Virus record (IMG/VR): IMGVR_UViG_3300021963_000022
Length of the DNA: 64,000 bases
From: a virus
Lineage: Duplodnaviria > Caudoviricetes
Direction: 5' to 3' (one strand)
Shown here: in pieces, positions 37,872-47,546 of the stretch
Layout: every line of letters begins with the position of its first letter
Position numbering within the stretch: the stretch's first letter is position 1
The notes under the pieces: generated by a model
What the model was told of the DNA's origin: nothing
The model's input: only the letters and a program-made list of their open reading frames with translations
Database searches by the model: none
Made by a program: the position numbers and the translations under genes

Positions 37872-38050
37872 ATGAACTAGAAACTGCATTAAAAGACCAT
37901 AACTGGGGTCATGAAGGATACACTACAAGACCTAAAGTAGACCAGTTAATGAAAAGTCACAGTGATCCTGCTGAGGCTAAACAACTTTGGGAGCAATATT
38001 GCCCTTGGAGTAATACTAATGGTGGCTATGTCAAATGGACGAAGAAATGA
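37868..38050 (+). CDS. Hypothetical protein
   Basis: ORF track; ATGA overlap. Confidence 0.5.
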   Translation: MNELETALKDHNWGHEGYTTRPKVDQLMKSHSDPAEAKQLWEQYCPWSNTNGGYVKWTKK

Positions 38051-38298
38051 ATGATTTAAAATTTACAACTGCAAGCGATTATATGAATATCGGTACTAAA
38101 TTTGATGATCTAATGTATCATGCAGGACTAACCGCACAGGGTTGCTGGGATGAAATGGATGAATATGACCGTAATGCTATACAAAAGTTCGCCGAGTTGA
38201 TTGTTCGGGAATGTGTTGAAATTAACAAGCAAGAACTGTCATTTAATGCATTTGAACGATTGATGAATAAATACCAAGATCATTTCGGAGTTGAATAA
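38047..38298 (+). CDS. Hypothetical protein, KFAxLIxxC family
   Basis: IQKFAELIVREC. Confidence 0.6.
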   Translation: MNDLKFTTASDYMNIGTKFDDLMYHAGLTAQGCWDEMDEYDRNAIQKFAELIVRECVEINKQELSFNAFERLMNKYQDHFGVE

Positions 38299-38537
38299 TG
38301 GCAAGTCTATCAGAATATTTTAAGATACATCGATATCAATCAAAATACAATATCGGTGATCGTGTTACAGGCAAATGGAACAAGATTCCTTTTGTGGGTA
38401 CAGTGGGCAATGATACTGAAATCAATCAGATTGAAGGCCCTCGTATTAGTGTGCATTTAGATTTACCAATCAAGTATCAGAACAAATTTCATACAATTAT
38501 ATTTGTTAAGCATAAGGATGTTAAATATTTCAAATGA
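38298..38537 (+). CDS. Hypothetical protein (SH3-like pattern)
   Basis: IGDRVTGKWNKIPFVGTV. Confidence 0.5.
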   Translation: MASLSEYFKIHRYQSKYNIGDRVTGKWNKIPFVGTVGNDTEINQIEGPRISVHLDLPIKYQNKFHTIIFVKHKDVKYFK

Positions 38538-39379
38538 TACGACATGATTGGACACAACCATTACCAAAATCTGAGATTTTAGATTTGTCCAATAATGTAT
38601 GCTATGATAAGTTTTTAGACAGAAACGTTGAACATAGCGTATCTACCTATCCGGATGATGCAGAAGCATATAGATTGTTATCTCAATACTATAGTATTTC
38701 TCCTTATAACATAGCTATAGGTTATGGGTCATCTGATATAATACTACGTATCTTAAAATTATATCAAGGTAACTCTTTAAAGATTGTTAGCCCAACTTGG
38801 CAACTGGCTCAACTATATGCACATCATATAGGGTATGAGATTAAAGATGATGCAGATATTTTATACATAGCAAACCCTAACGGCTTGACCGGTAAAGCCT
38901 TATCTAAAAATGAAATCTTGTCCCTATTACCCACTTACAAGTTAGTCATAGTAGATGAAGCCTATTGTGATTTTAGTGATTGCTCTGTACTGGATACTTC
39001 TATTACTGCTGACAATTTAATTGTAGTGAAAACACTAAGCAAAACGATAGCATCTCCTGGATTAAGATTTGGATACTGCTTTTCTAATTCAGATATAATT
39101 AATAGAATACAAAACGTAAGACCAGGCTATGTAACTACAAATGCTACTATACCTGCTCTTAACAAACTGTTACCTCAAATAGGTATGCATATTAGTCGTA
39201 TGTTAGAAACTAGAAACTACATTGAGGATAAGTATGATGTAGTACCTTCTGAAGGAAATTATGTATTGTTTAAAACTAGATATAGTTTACCTGTTAAGAT
39301 GAAGGAAGTTAACGAGTTGTTTAGAATGTCGTTAACTGATATTGATACATTCAAGAAATTCGAAAATGAACTCAGATGA
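38534..39379 (+). CDS. PLP-dependent aminotransferase class I/II (HisC/CobD-like)
   Basis: IANPNGLTG, IVDEAY, KTLSK..ASPGLRFGY. Confidence 0.88.
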   Translation: MIRHDWTQPLPKSEILDLSNNVCYDKFLDRNVEHSVSTYPDDAEAYRLLSQYYSISPYNIAIGYGSSDIILRILKLYQGNSLKIVSPTWQLAQLYAHHIGYEIKDDADILYIANPNGLTGKALSKNEILSLLPTYKLVIVDEAYCDFSDCSVLDTSITADNLIVVKTLSKTIASPGLRFGYCFSNSDIINRIQNVRPGYVTTNATIPALNKLLPQIGMHISRMLETRNYIEDKYDVVPSEGNYVLFKTRYSLPVKMKEVNELFRMSLTDIDTFKKFENELR

Positions 39380-40169
39380 GTTAAGACGCCTGCAAGAACA
39401 GGGTGCGGTTGATTTATATTCTGCATTACGTAGTGTAGAAATCAATCCTACGGAACTATGTAACAGAGCCTGTTCCTTCTGTCCTCGAGTTGATCCTAAT
39501 ATCTACAAGAATCAGAAAAAACATATTGATCCCGATCTATGTACACTATTAGGTGAGCAGTTATCAACATTTGGGTTTGATGGCAGGATAGGCTTTGTGG
39601 GTTTTGGTGAACCATTGTTACATCCTAATATAGCAGAATGTGTGCGTAATATCAAACAATCATGCCCAACAGCTAAATGGATAGAGATTAATACAAACGG
39701 TGATTTGTTAACTAGAGACATTGCTATTGATCTTGCTAATGCAGGATGTACTACTATAACAGTTAGTATGTATGACACAGATGCTACTACTTATTTTATT
39801 GAAATGTTAGATGGTGTAAAGATAGAGCTAGTGTTAAAACATCAATATGATATTGCTAACATAAAAATAATTAATAGGATAGATATCATACAACAGACCA
39901 AGGTACTAAACATATCTCGTCCTTGTTACATCCCGTTTTATAAAATATTTGTTGATTGGAATGGAGATTACTTACTATGCCAACAAGATTGGGGCAAAAC
40001 TACCAATGTGTATAACATAAAGAATACCCCGGTCATTGACTATTGGTTATCCAAATTGACTGAGTATAGAACGAATCTATCAATGGGTAATAGGATACAA
40101 AATCCATGTGACAAATGTGACATTGACGGGACTGTATATGGGAAATCTAGTTTTGATTTGTTCGTATAA
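39366..40169 (+). CDS. Radical SAM/SPASM(twitch) domain protein
   Basis: CNRACSFC, GFGEPLLHP, INTNG, C..PF...WNGDYLLC, PCDKC. Confidence 0.9.
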   Translation: MNSDELRRLQEQGAVDLYSALRSVEINPTELCNRACSFCPRVDPNIYKNQKKHIDPDLCTLLGEQLSTFGFDGRIGFVGFGEPLLHPNIAECVRNIKQSCPTAKWIEINTNGDLLTRDIAIDLANAGCTTITVSMYDTDATTYFIEMLDGVKIELVLKHQYDIANIKIINRIDIIQQTKVLNISRPCYIPFYKIFVDWNGDYLLCQQDWGKTTNVYNIKNTPVIDYWLSKLTEYRTNLSMGNRIQNPCDKCDIDGTVYGKSSFDLFV

Positions 40170-40233
40170 TGTGTGTCCAAACTAGTAGATGTTATACCAC
40201 AGTTGAGTTATAATAGATTCTAGAGGAATAAAA

Positions 40234-40365
40234 ATGACTTTAAACGAAGGCATATATTTTATCGCCGGTATATATTTGGGTGGATGGTTAGTTCGTCCAC
40301 TAGTAGATATAGTTAAGAAAATTTACCAGAACGCTAAGGAGGCACAAAATGGTAACAATAGTTAA
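40234..40365 (+). CDS. Small membrane protein (43 aa)
   Basis: SD GAGG; IYFIAGIYLGGWLV hydrophobic segment. Confidence 0.4.
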   Translation: MTLNEGIYFIAGIYLGGWLVRPLVDIVKKIYQNAKEAQNGNNS

Positions 40366-41848
40366 ACACGAATGGCATCAACATGATCGTCAATATGCTA
40401 TTGAAATTGATGAAGCACTATTAAGTGAAATCTATCCTGACAAGGAAGAAGATGAGATTAAAGTAATACTAGATGGTATTAGTGATGGTACATATGATTA
40501 TGAAGATGTTATTAATGATGCCTACGAGAATGATGTAGAGATTGAATGGGAGTTTCAATATGATGATTGTTGGACTGACCGTAAAGGTGGATACGATGTT
40601 ACCTACGAACTAGGTGATGAGTCTAGTTGGGTAATTGAGCCTGAACCGGCGCCACACACTCACAAATGCACTAAGTGTAAGTGGACTGGTTACAGTTATG
40701 ATGCTGACTGGGAATGGCCAGAAGATGATGAGACAGGAAAACTAGAAGCTAAGAAAGTATGCCCATACTGTGAGAGCGATACCTCTTTAACAGAAGCCGG
40801 TGTTGCAGACGAAGTAGCACGTAAAGAACGTGAAGCACGTTGGTCTAAGGAAGCGGCAGAGGAAGAAATTCCTTGTTTTAGTTGCGGTGCTATGCACAAA
40901 GAAAGTGAACTACCTGAAATCAAAGAGAGTGGTTACTATTGTCCTGATTGCAATGAAAGTTGGATTATGATGGAAGATCGGCCGACAGATGAAGAACCAG
41001 TTGATGAAGCTGATTTAGAAGCTGACTTGGAAGAGTTAAAACGAGAATTTGAACAACTAACAGTAGATAATCCTCCTGCTAAATGGCCATTTGAAAATTC
41101 TACATTGGAAGAAGATGAAAAAGATAGTAATCCTCCTGCACACTGGCCCACACCAAATAGTGATTTTGTAGAGACTGCTAAGTGGCCCTTTGAAAACGAC
41201 ACAGAAGATAACGACTCATTAAAAGAAAGTTATCCTGAAGATAGTTACACTATTCGTATCTGGGGTCGCACACGTGAGATTGGCGTACACAAGATTAAGA
41301 AACAACAATATGATTATTGGAGTGATGAGGATCACGAAGATGATTTAAGTGATGCTCTTAATGAGAGCTACGATTACGATGAAAATAATACTCCTAAAGC
41401 GGCACGATTTGATAGTCCTTACTATGAGTATCAGGACAAGATTTCATTCTGGGGCTTTGACCAAGATGATACTCACATGACTATTGAGAATAGTGAGGGT
41501 GAGATAATCTACGAAGGTGATTTGGAATCATTTGTTAGTGAAGCAAATGATGAAGATAGTTATTATGATGCTGTAGAAGAACAAGAAGAACTATATCCAC
41601 ATTACTTAGGTAAAGGTTATTGGTTGTATTGGACTCAAGGTGGTAAAGGCAGTTGTATTCAAACAACTATTGAGGGTGTGTTTGAGCCTAAGAAACTTAA
41701 AGTGTTGAACTGGGATGTTGAAGGTACTAGTGTTGTTACACGGTTAGTTTATAATGGTGTAGAACTTAATGACGAGGGTATGGATAGTGAACATGATAAC
41801 TGGCGTGGCCAGTGGAGTACATTTAGTGTACACCACAACACAAAATAA
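40349..41848 (+). CDS. Very acidic multidomain protein with Zn ribbons and WP(F) repeats
   Basis: CTKC/CPYC and CFSC/CPDC pairs; PPAKWPFEN, PPAHWPT, TAKWPFEN. Confidence 0.7.
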   Translation: MVTIVKHEWHQHDRQYAIEIDEALLSEIYPDKEEDEIKVILDGISDGTYDYEDVINDAYENDVEIEWEFQYDDCWTDRKGGYDVTYELGDESSWVIEPEPAPHTHKCTKCKWTGYSYDADWEWPEDDETGKLEAKKVCPYCESDTSLTEAGVADEVARKEREARWSKEAAEEEIPCFSCGAMHKESELPEIKESGYYCPDCNESWIMMEDRPTDEEPVDEADLEADLEELKREFEQLTVDNPPAKWPFENSTLEEDEKDSNPPAHWPTPNSDFVETAKWPFENDTEDNDSLKESYPEDSYTIRIWGRTREIGVHKIKKQQYDYWSDEDHEDDLSDALNESYDYDENNTPKAARFDSPYYEYQDKISFWGFDQDDTHMTIENSEGEIIYEGDLESFVSEANDEDSYYDAVEEQEELYPHYLGKGYWLYWTQGGKGSCIQTTIEGVFEPKKLKVLNWDVEGTSVVTRLVYNGVELNDEGMDSEHDNWRGQWSTFSVHHNTK

Positions 41849-41850
41849 TT

Positions 41851-42075
41851 ATGACACATGATTTAGTAGGTAAGAAGTATACGTTTGATGATGGTAATGT
41901 CATTGAAGTAATTCAAGTCAAAGAACGTAATATCAATGAAGACGGTGCTGTGTTATATGTTACATATTACATATATCAAGGTAGAAGCCTTCCTAGAAAA
42001 CTAGTAATGCATATGCCCGAGTTTGTTAACACATACGGGCACTTGTTTGGTTATCCCAATGAATACAATCAGTAG
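41851..42075 (+). CDS. Hypothetical protein
   Basis: ORF track. Confidence 0.55.
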   Translation: MTHDLVGKKYTFDDGNVIEVIQVKERNINEDGAVLYVTYYIYQGRSLPRKLVMHMPEFVNTYGHLFGYPNEYNQ

Positions 42076-42085
42076 ACATATTTTA

Positions 42086-42094
42086 GATAAATAC
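42086..42094 (+). promoter_or_regulatory. Late promoter motif GATAAATAC
   Basis: 4 nt before the ATG at 42099. Confidence 0.5.
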
Positions 42095-42098
42095 TAGG

Positions 42099-43589
42099 AT
42101 GTATAAAAAATATTTGTCCCTATCTTCCCTAACACTGTTAGTAGCACTAGCATTAAGTACAGTAGCAGCCTACTATAGTATTATTGGTTTAACTGCTATC
42201 TTTGCTGGTGCGGTTATTCCTGTTATTATAATGGGAGGTATACTAGAAATAGGCAAGATTACTACTACGGTATGGTTACGAAAATATTGGAATCGTTGTG
42301 GCTTCCTACTTAAACTCTATCTTGTACCTGCTGTTATTGCATTAGCATTACTTACTAGCATGGGTATATTTGGCTTCCTAAGTAAAGCACATATGGATCA
42401 AGGAATTACAACAGGGGATATACAAGCCAAAATTGCAATCTACGATGAGAAGATTAAAGTATCACAGGACACTATAGATGTTAATCGCAAAGCACTTAAA
42501 CAACTTGATGAGGCAGTGGACCAAGTTATGGGCCGCTCGACTTCAGAAGCGGGTGCAGATAAAGCCGTTGCTATACGCAAAACTCAAGCAAAGGAAAGGA
42601 CTAGACTCCTTACGGAAATTGCGTCCGAACAGAAAACAATTACTAGAATACGAGAAGAACGAGCGCCCATTGCGGCTGAAGTACGCAAGGTCGAAGCGGA
42701 AGTTGGCCCTATCAAATACATTGCCGCATTGATTTACGGAGACAATGCCGACAATAATATGTTAGAGTCGGCCGTACGTTGGGTTATTATTTTACTTGTA
42801 ATTGTATTTGACCCACTTGCTATCGCTTTAGTATTAGCTGCCAATGCAAGTAGAGAATGGGATAAAGAGGAGGGTGACAGCCCTCTAGGGACCGAAACAC
42901 CAACGACTCCCACTGTCACTGAACCAGCATATGAGCCTGATGATGGGCCTTTAACAGAAGAACAAATTGAAGAAATACAAGATTCTGCGGAACCACCTAT
43001 AGGCGAGGTAGTAACTAAAGACGAATTGTTTCCTGAAGAATCTGTCTTAGACAAACATCCTTACCTAGCCAAACCGTTTGTTCATTTTGAAAATCTAGAA
43101 CCTATTGTAGGAAAAAAAGAACCTGAACCAAAGAAATTTGACATAGATAATATAACAGTTGATTCTACTGAGATAATTGTTGCTACTATAAAAGAACCTG
43201 ATATTGTGACAACTGAATATTCAGTTACAGGAGATTACATCGAAGTTGAAGGTAAACAGATGCACAAAAGGATAGCAGGAGACTTATATCCCGACATGTT
43301 AAAAATTGTAGTAGATGGTGAGAATTCAATTAGTGTTAATTTTGGTACTGCATTCCCTAAATATGCAAAGCGAGGTGACCTGTTTACCCGTGTAGATTCA
43401 TTACCAAATCGTGTATACAAATTTGACGGATCACGTTGGTTAGAAGTTAACAAAGAAAATAGCATATCATATCTGACACAAACTAAGTATGTTGAATATC
43501 TTATCAACAAAATTGCAACAGGTGAATATGATCCTGAGTTATTAACTGACGCAGAAAATCAAGCCATCACAGAATTCATAAAAAAATAA
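42099..43589 (+). CDS. Membrane protein with periplasmic coiled coil and acidic tail
   Basis: Three N-terminal hydrophobic helices, a coiled coil, a fourth helix (IVFDPLAI), then a Pro/Glu-rich region. Confidence 0.7.
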   Translation: MYKKYLSLSSLTLLVALALSTVAAYYSIIGLTAIFAGAVIPVIIMGGILEIGKITTTVWLRKYWNRCGFLLKLYLVPAVIALALLTSMGIFGFLSKAHMDQGITTGDIQAKIAIYDEKIKVSQDTIDVNRKALKQLDEAVDQVMGRSTSEAGADKAVAIRKTQAKERTRLLTEIASEQKTITRIREERAPIAAEVRKVEAEVGPIKYIAALIYGDNADNNMLESAVRWVIILLVIVFDPLAIALVLAANASREWDKEEGDSPLGTETPTTPTVTEPAYEPDDGPLTEEQIEEIQDSAEPPIGEVVTKDELFPEESVLDKHPYLAKPFVHFENLEPIVGKKEPEPKKFDIDNITVDSTEIIVATIKEPDIVTTEYSVTGDYIEVEGKQMHKRIAGDLYPDMLKIVVDGENSISVNFGTAFPKYAKRGDLFTRVDSLPNRVYKFDGSRWLEVNKENSISYLTQTKYVEYLINKIATGEYDPELLTDAENQAITEFIKK

Positions 43590-43632
43590 CACATGATATA
43601 CTTTGATAAGTATTTCATATCTACCTTAAATA

Positions 43633-44832
43633 ATGACAGAAGAAACCAAATTAAAACATTGTAGCTTTTGCGGCAACAGTAAAGAAGCAGTTAAAAAATT
43701 AGTTGTAGGTGAGAATGTAGCTATATGTAGTGATTGTGTAGAGCTATGTCAAGACCTTATTGCTGATGAAGTAGGCGACACCAAAGAAGAATTACAACCC
43801 GAATATGATGCTGAAACTATTAAAAAGTTTTTAGATGAGCATGTTATTGGGCAAGATTCAGCTAAGATGGTTATGAGTGTTGCTATTGCAAATCACTATA
43901 AACGTATTACTAATCCTCCAAAGAACTTAGAGATTCAAAAGGGAAATGTTCTTATAGTAGGACCTACGGGTTCAGGTAAAACATTATTAGCTAAAACAGC
44001 TGCCAAGTATCTAAACGTCCCTTTCATAGTAGCTGACGCAACTAGCTTAACAGAAGCAGGTTATGTCGGTGATGATGTAGAATCAATGATTAGTATGCTA
44101 TTGAATGCCGCCGGTGGTGACAAAGACTTAGCAGAACGTGGAATCGTATTTGTTGATGAAATTGACAAGATTGCACGTAAGGGTGAAAGTACTAGTATTA
44201 CCCGTGACGTATCCGGAGAGGGAGTTCAACAAGCATTACTAAAGTTAGTTGAAGGTACTGTATGTCGTATTCCTAATAGTGGTGGAAGAAAACATCCTGG
44301 ATCTGATATGTCTGAGATTAATACTAAAAATATCTTATTCATTGCAGGTGGTGCGTTTGTTGGATTAAAAGAACTTATCACCAATCGTGTTAATGGTACA
44401 AGCATTGGATTTAATGCTAGTGTTAAAGACACTAGAATTGAAGGTGACATGCGTGATGTTCGCCCGGATGATTTAACTAAATTTGGTATGATTCCTGAAT
44501 TTATTGGACGTTTTACTACTACTGTCAGCATTGACAATCTTAATAAAGAACAATTAATAAGGGTCTTAACTGACGTTAAGAACAATTACATTAGCCAATA
44601 TAAATATCTATTTGAGTTAGATAATATTACACTAGAATTTACTGACAATGCGTTGGATCAAATTGCAGAAAACACTATCTCTCTTAAAACAGGGGCACGT
44701 GGACTTCATACTGAGATTGAAAGAGTATTGATGCCACATATGTTTAAAGTAAGAACGTATGCTAAAAACGGGATTAAAACACTAAATATAGATAGAGTTG
44801 ATGTAATTACACCAAAACCATTGTATGAGTAA
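43633..44832 (+). CDS. clpX: ATP-dependent Clp protease ATP-binding subunit
   Basis: CSFCG/CSDC zinc finger, GPTGSGKT, RDVSGEGVQQALLK, IGF loop, TGARGL. Confidence 0.95.
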   Translation: MTEETKLKHCSFCGNSKEAVKKLVVGENVAICSDCVELCQDLIADEVGDTKEELQPEYDAETIKKFLDEHVIGQDSAKMVMSVAIANHYKRITNPPKNLEIQKGNVLIVGPTGSGKTLLAKTAAKYLNVPFIVADATSLTEAGYVGDDVESMISMLLNAAGGDKDLAERGIVFVDEIDKIARKGESTSITRDVSGEGVQQALLKLVEGTVCRIPNSGGRKHPGSDMSEINTKNILFIAGGAFVGLKELITNRVNGTSIGFNASVKDTRIEGDMRDVRPDDLTKFGMIPEFIGRFTTTVSIDNLNKEQLIRVLTDVKNNYISQYKYLFELDNITLEFTDNALDQIAENTISLKTGARGLHTEIERVLMPHMFKVRTYAKNGIKTLNIDRVDVITPKPLYE

Positions 44833-45046
44833 AAAAGGCAGACGAATTTTTGTTACAGACGGAAATGTAGATAAAGCTCTACGCAAGTTTAAGAAAAAGA
44901 TAACCGAATTAGGTTTACTTCAAGAAGTCCGTGACCGCCAAGAATTTGTCAAACCTACTGTCAAACGTAAAATAGCAAAAAGCCAAGCTGTTCGCAGGTG
45001 GAAAAAGCACTTGCGTGACCAATCATTACCACCAAAACAGTTTTAA
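44825..45046 (+). CDS. rpsU: 30S ribosomal protein bS21
   Basis: VDKALRKFKKK...EVRDRQEFVKPTVKRK. Confidence 0.88.
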   Translation: MSKKGRRIFVTDGNVDKALRKFKKKITELGLLQEVRDRQEFVKPTVKRKIAKSQAVRRWKKHLRDQSLPPKQF

Positions 45047-45094
45047 CCTAAATACTATATTTTTTTACGTATTTGTGTTATAATAAATACATAT

Positions 45095-45155
45095 TGTAGA
45101 TGCCGATGGTCGGGTCTACACATAGTCATCTTGCTTAATAGGAGAAAAACATGAC
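45095..45155 (+). promoter_or_regulatory. ROSE-like RNA thermometer in the hsp20 5' UTR
   Basis: Hairpin 45095-45120; TCTTGCT 45129-35 pairs SD AGGAGA 45140-45 with a bulged G; GTCAT 45125-29 pairs ATGAC 45151-55. Confidence 0.7.
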
Positions 45156-45588
45156 AAAAACTTTAACCCTTCGTTCCCTCGACATTCCGTCAATTCACAA
45201 ATTTGGTATCGGTTTCGATAATATGTTTGATGAACTAATGCGAATTAACAATCAACAATCACTTAACTATCCCCCATACAACATTATAAAAACATCAGAA
45301 GATACCTTTTATATTGAAGTAGCAGTGGCTGGTTTCGGTGAAGGTGAAGTTGAAATTAACATTGACAATCAAGTGTTAGTTATCAAAGGTAAAAAAGAAG
45401 CAGAAATTATTGCTGAATATTTACATCAAGGGATCAGTAACAGGGACTTCATGCGTGAATTTACTTTAGCAGAACATGTTGAAGTAGTTAATGCTGTCAA
45501 TATGAATGGTATTCTTACTATCTATTTGGAGCGCAAACTCCCTGAAGAAAAGAAACCCAAGTCTATTGCAATTTCTTACACTAAATAA
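45151..45588 (+). CDS. Small heat-shock protein (Hsp20/IbpA-like)
   Basis: YPPYNI, EVAVAGF, YLHQGIS.R.F.REF.L, NGILTI. Confidence 0.93.
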   Translation: MTKTLTLRSLDIPSIHKFGIGFDNMFDELMRINNQQSLNYPPYNIIKTSEDTFYIEVAVAGFGEGEVEINIDNQVLVIKGKKEAEIIAEYLHQGISNRDFMREFTLAEHVEVVNAVNMNGILTIYLERKLPEEKKPKSIAISYTK

Positions 45589-45612
45589 TATAATAGTGTT
45601 TCGTTAAATAAA

Positions 45613-45636
45613 AGTGTGCGAGGAAACTTGCACACT
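45613..45636 (+). terminator. 10-bp GAAA-tetraloop hairpin between hsp20 and clpS (terminator or stabiliser)
   Basis: AGTGTGCGAG-GAAA-CTTGCACACT; U-tail is weak. Confidence 0.55.
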
Positions 45637-45653
45637 ACTTCAAGGTATAAATC

Positions 45654-45959
45654 ATGGCACAGACCGAATCAAAAATTAAAATTAAACCTAATCTTAAATT
45701 ACCAGAACCATCTATGTTCAAGGTAATTTATATGAATGATGAACATACTAGTATGGATTTCGTAGTGCGTAGTTTAGTAGATCATTTCGGTCACAATACT
45801 GATACTGCCGCACATATTACTACAGGTATACATGAGCAGGGCAGTGCTGTCGTAGCAGTTCTACCGTATGAAATTGCAGAACAAAAGGGTATTGAGGTAA
45901 CACTTGATGCACGTAACGAGGGATTTCCGTTACAAGTAAAGATTGAGCCAGAAGTTTAA
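45654..45959 (+). CDS. clpS: N-end-rule adaptor
   Basis: FKVIYMNDEHTSMDFV, IHEQGSAVV, EIAEQK. Confidence 0.9.
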   Translation: MAQTESKIKIKPNLKLPEPSMFKVIYMNDEHTSMDFVVRSLVDHFGHNTDTAAHITTGIHEQGSAVVAVLPYEIAEQKGIEVTLDARNEGFPLQVKIEPEV

Positions 45960-46651
45960 ACTTCTATTTCTATTCGTTTTGGCCAATATGGATTTTTGTT
46001 AAAACAAGCGTTATTAACATAGTTGATACCGTTAATATTGGTATCAACCATTTTGTTTGAGTTACCATATATCCAAGTAACTATCTTGTTTTCTGTATCA
46101 TTAATTAGAGCAGAGTTCAATCCAACGTAATCAGGTAAATTAGGTTCTTCCCCGTAGAATAAGTCAGCACAGGGAACACAACTAGACACAATTACAATCT
46201 TTTTTACATCCACGTGTAATTGCAATTTTTCTATAGTTGTGTGTAGATAGTCTTGATCACCGTGTGAGTGATACCCAAGACGTATTTCATCGTCGGGATC
46301 TATCGGGGTATAGTTGCCATACCAACCGTTAACTGCAACTAATGCTATACCATCTACGATAACAACATTGTTATGAAGATATACAACATTTTTTATTTTA
46401 CTGGCTATCTTAGCTATTTGGTCTATCCTAGATGCTTGTAACATTAATGACCCTATCTCCATAGAACCGTCAATGAAGAATACTCCATGATACTGGGCAC
46501 TTAAATGTTCTAAAGTTTCTTCTAAAACTTTAAAATCATCGGTTATATTGCCTGCTACAATACAAAATAAACTAGTTGGTTTTCCTTCCCAATCTAGTTT
46601 ATATTTGTAAGATAGTTCTAGGTCGCTAATTATATCGAAACCTACCACCAT
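45956..46651 (-). CDS. Degenerate calcineurin-like phosphoesterase
   Basis: ISDLEL, VAGNI, DGSME in place of DxH, GD, GNHE. Confidence 0.55.
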   Translation of the reverse strand: MVVGFDIISDLELSYKYKLDWEGKPTSLFCIVAGNITDDFKVLEETLEHLSAQYHGVFFIDGSMEIGSLMLQASRIDQIAKIASKIKNVVYLHNNVVIVDGIALVAVNGWYGNYTPIDPDDEIRLGYHSHGDQDYLHTTIEKLQLHVDVKKIVIVSSCVPCADLFYGEEPNLPDYVGLNSALINDTENKIVTWIYGNSNKMVDTNINGINYVNNACFNKNPYWPKRIEIEV

Positions 46652-46659
46652 GCAGTTTA

Positions 46660-46998
46660 TTACTGGGTAGCTTTTGGTGCTTTGGGTTTTGCTGGGGCTT
46701 TTTTAGCAACAGCTGGGGCTTTTGGCTTTGCTGGGGCTTTTGGCTTTGCTGGGGCTTTTGGCTTTTTAGATATCGGTGCTTGCTCAACTACCCCTGCAGG
46801 TACTACAGCTTCTGGAACAACTACAACGGTTTCAACAGCTGGTGCAGAATTGACAACCAAAGGAATTGGTGTAGTAGCTGCCGGCTCCGGTACTTTGTAC
46901 GGGGCTGACACGTTTGCCTCAGTTGTTTCTACAGGTTTGGCTTCAGGAACACCAAATAATTTTTTCAAAAAGTTTAACATAATTTTCTCCTTATACAT
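46660..46998 (-). CDS. Low-complexity protein with C-terminal KPKAPA repeats (H1-like tail)
   Basis: KKPKAPAKPKAPAKPKAPA. Confidence 0.6.
   Translation of the reverse strand: MYKEKIMLNFLKKLFGVPEAKPVETTEANVSAPYKVPEPAATTPIPLVVNSAPAVETVVVVPEAVVPAGVVEQAPISKKPKAPAKPKAPAKPKAPAVAKKAPAKPKAPKATQ
46683..46760 (-). repeat. 18-bp tandem coding repeat (TTTGGCTTTGCTGGGGCT-like) encoding KPKAPA
   Basis: Visible near-perfect tandem copies. Confidence 0.8.
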
Positions 46999-47054
46999 CT
47001 ATTTACTCTAGGAAAACCATAAAGATAAAATTTATAATCATAAATACAAGTACT

Positions 47055-47546
47055 ATGTTTCACGGATCACCTACTCTAAAAGAACTAATGGCTTTGCCAT
47101 TACCCACTATGCGTGAGCAAAAACGTCTAATGTTTAGGCCCTCACAATGGCAAGTTTCACACGTTTATACACTGATAAACGATAATGTTTTTCATAATAT
47201 GTTAAAAAAACCGGAACTCATACTAAAATCAAGATGTAGAAAATATTGGGGAATGTGTATAGGATCACATGACAAGTTAAAAAACGGTAGTTATTGTAAG
47301 ATTGAACTTATGGACAAGTGGATTAGTCCACAATGGATGATAGCTACATTGGCACATGAAATGGTTCATCAATATCAATGGGATATAGCAGGGCCTGAAC
47401 GTGAGGCAGAGGGATTAAATGCTATTATGAGTCATGGTCCAAGTTTCTTTCAGTTTCGTGATTTATTAAAAGAACACAATATCCCATTAAAAACGGCGCA
47501 TTCTCAGCGCCGTTGGTATAAGCATCAAAGCTTGTTCAAATGCTAA
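47055..47546 (+). CDS. SprT-like zinc metalloprotease
   Basis: TLAHEMVHQ and HGPSF. Confidence 0.82.
   Translation: MFHGSPTLKELMALPLPTMREQKRLMFRPSQWQVSHVYTLINDNVFHNMLKKPELILKSRCRKYWGMCIGSHDKLKNGSYCKIELMDKWISPQWMIATLAHEMVHQYQWDIAGPEREAEGLNAIMSHGPSFFQFRDLLKEHNIPLKTAHSQRRWYKHQSLFKC

Noticed and set aside
46682-47011. Plus-strand ORF with GFAGAF repeats
   Set aside because: Antisense mirror of the KPKAPA repeat gene, which has the SD (GGAGA) and the late-type motif upstream
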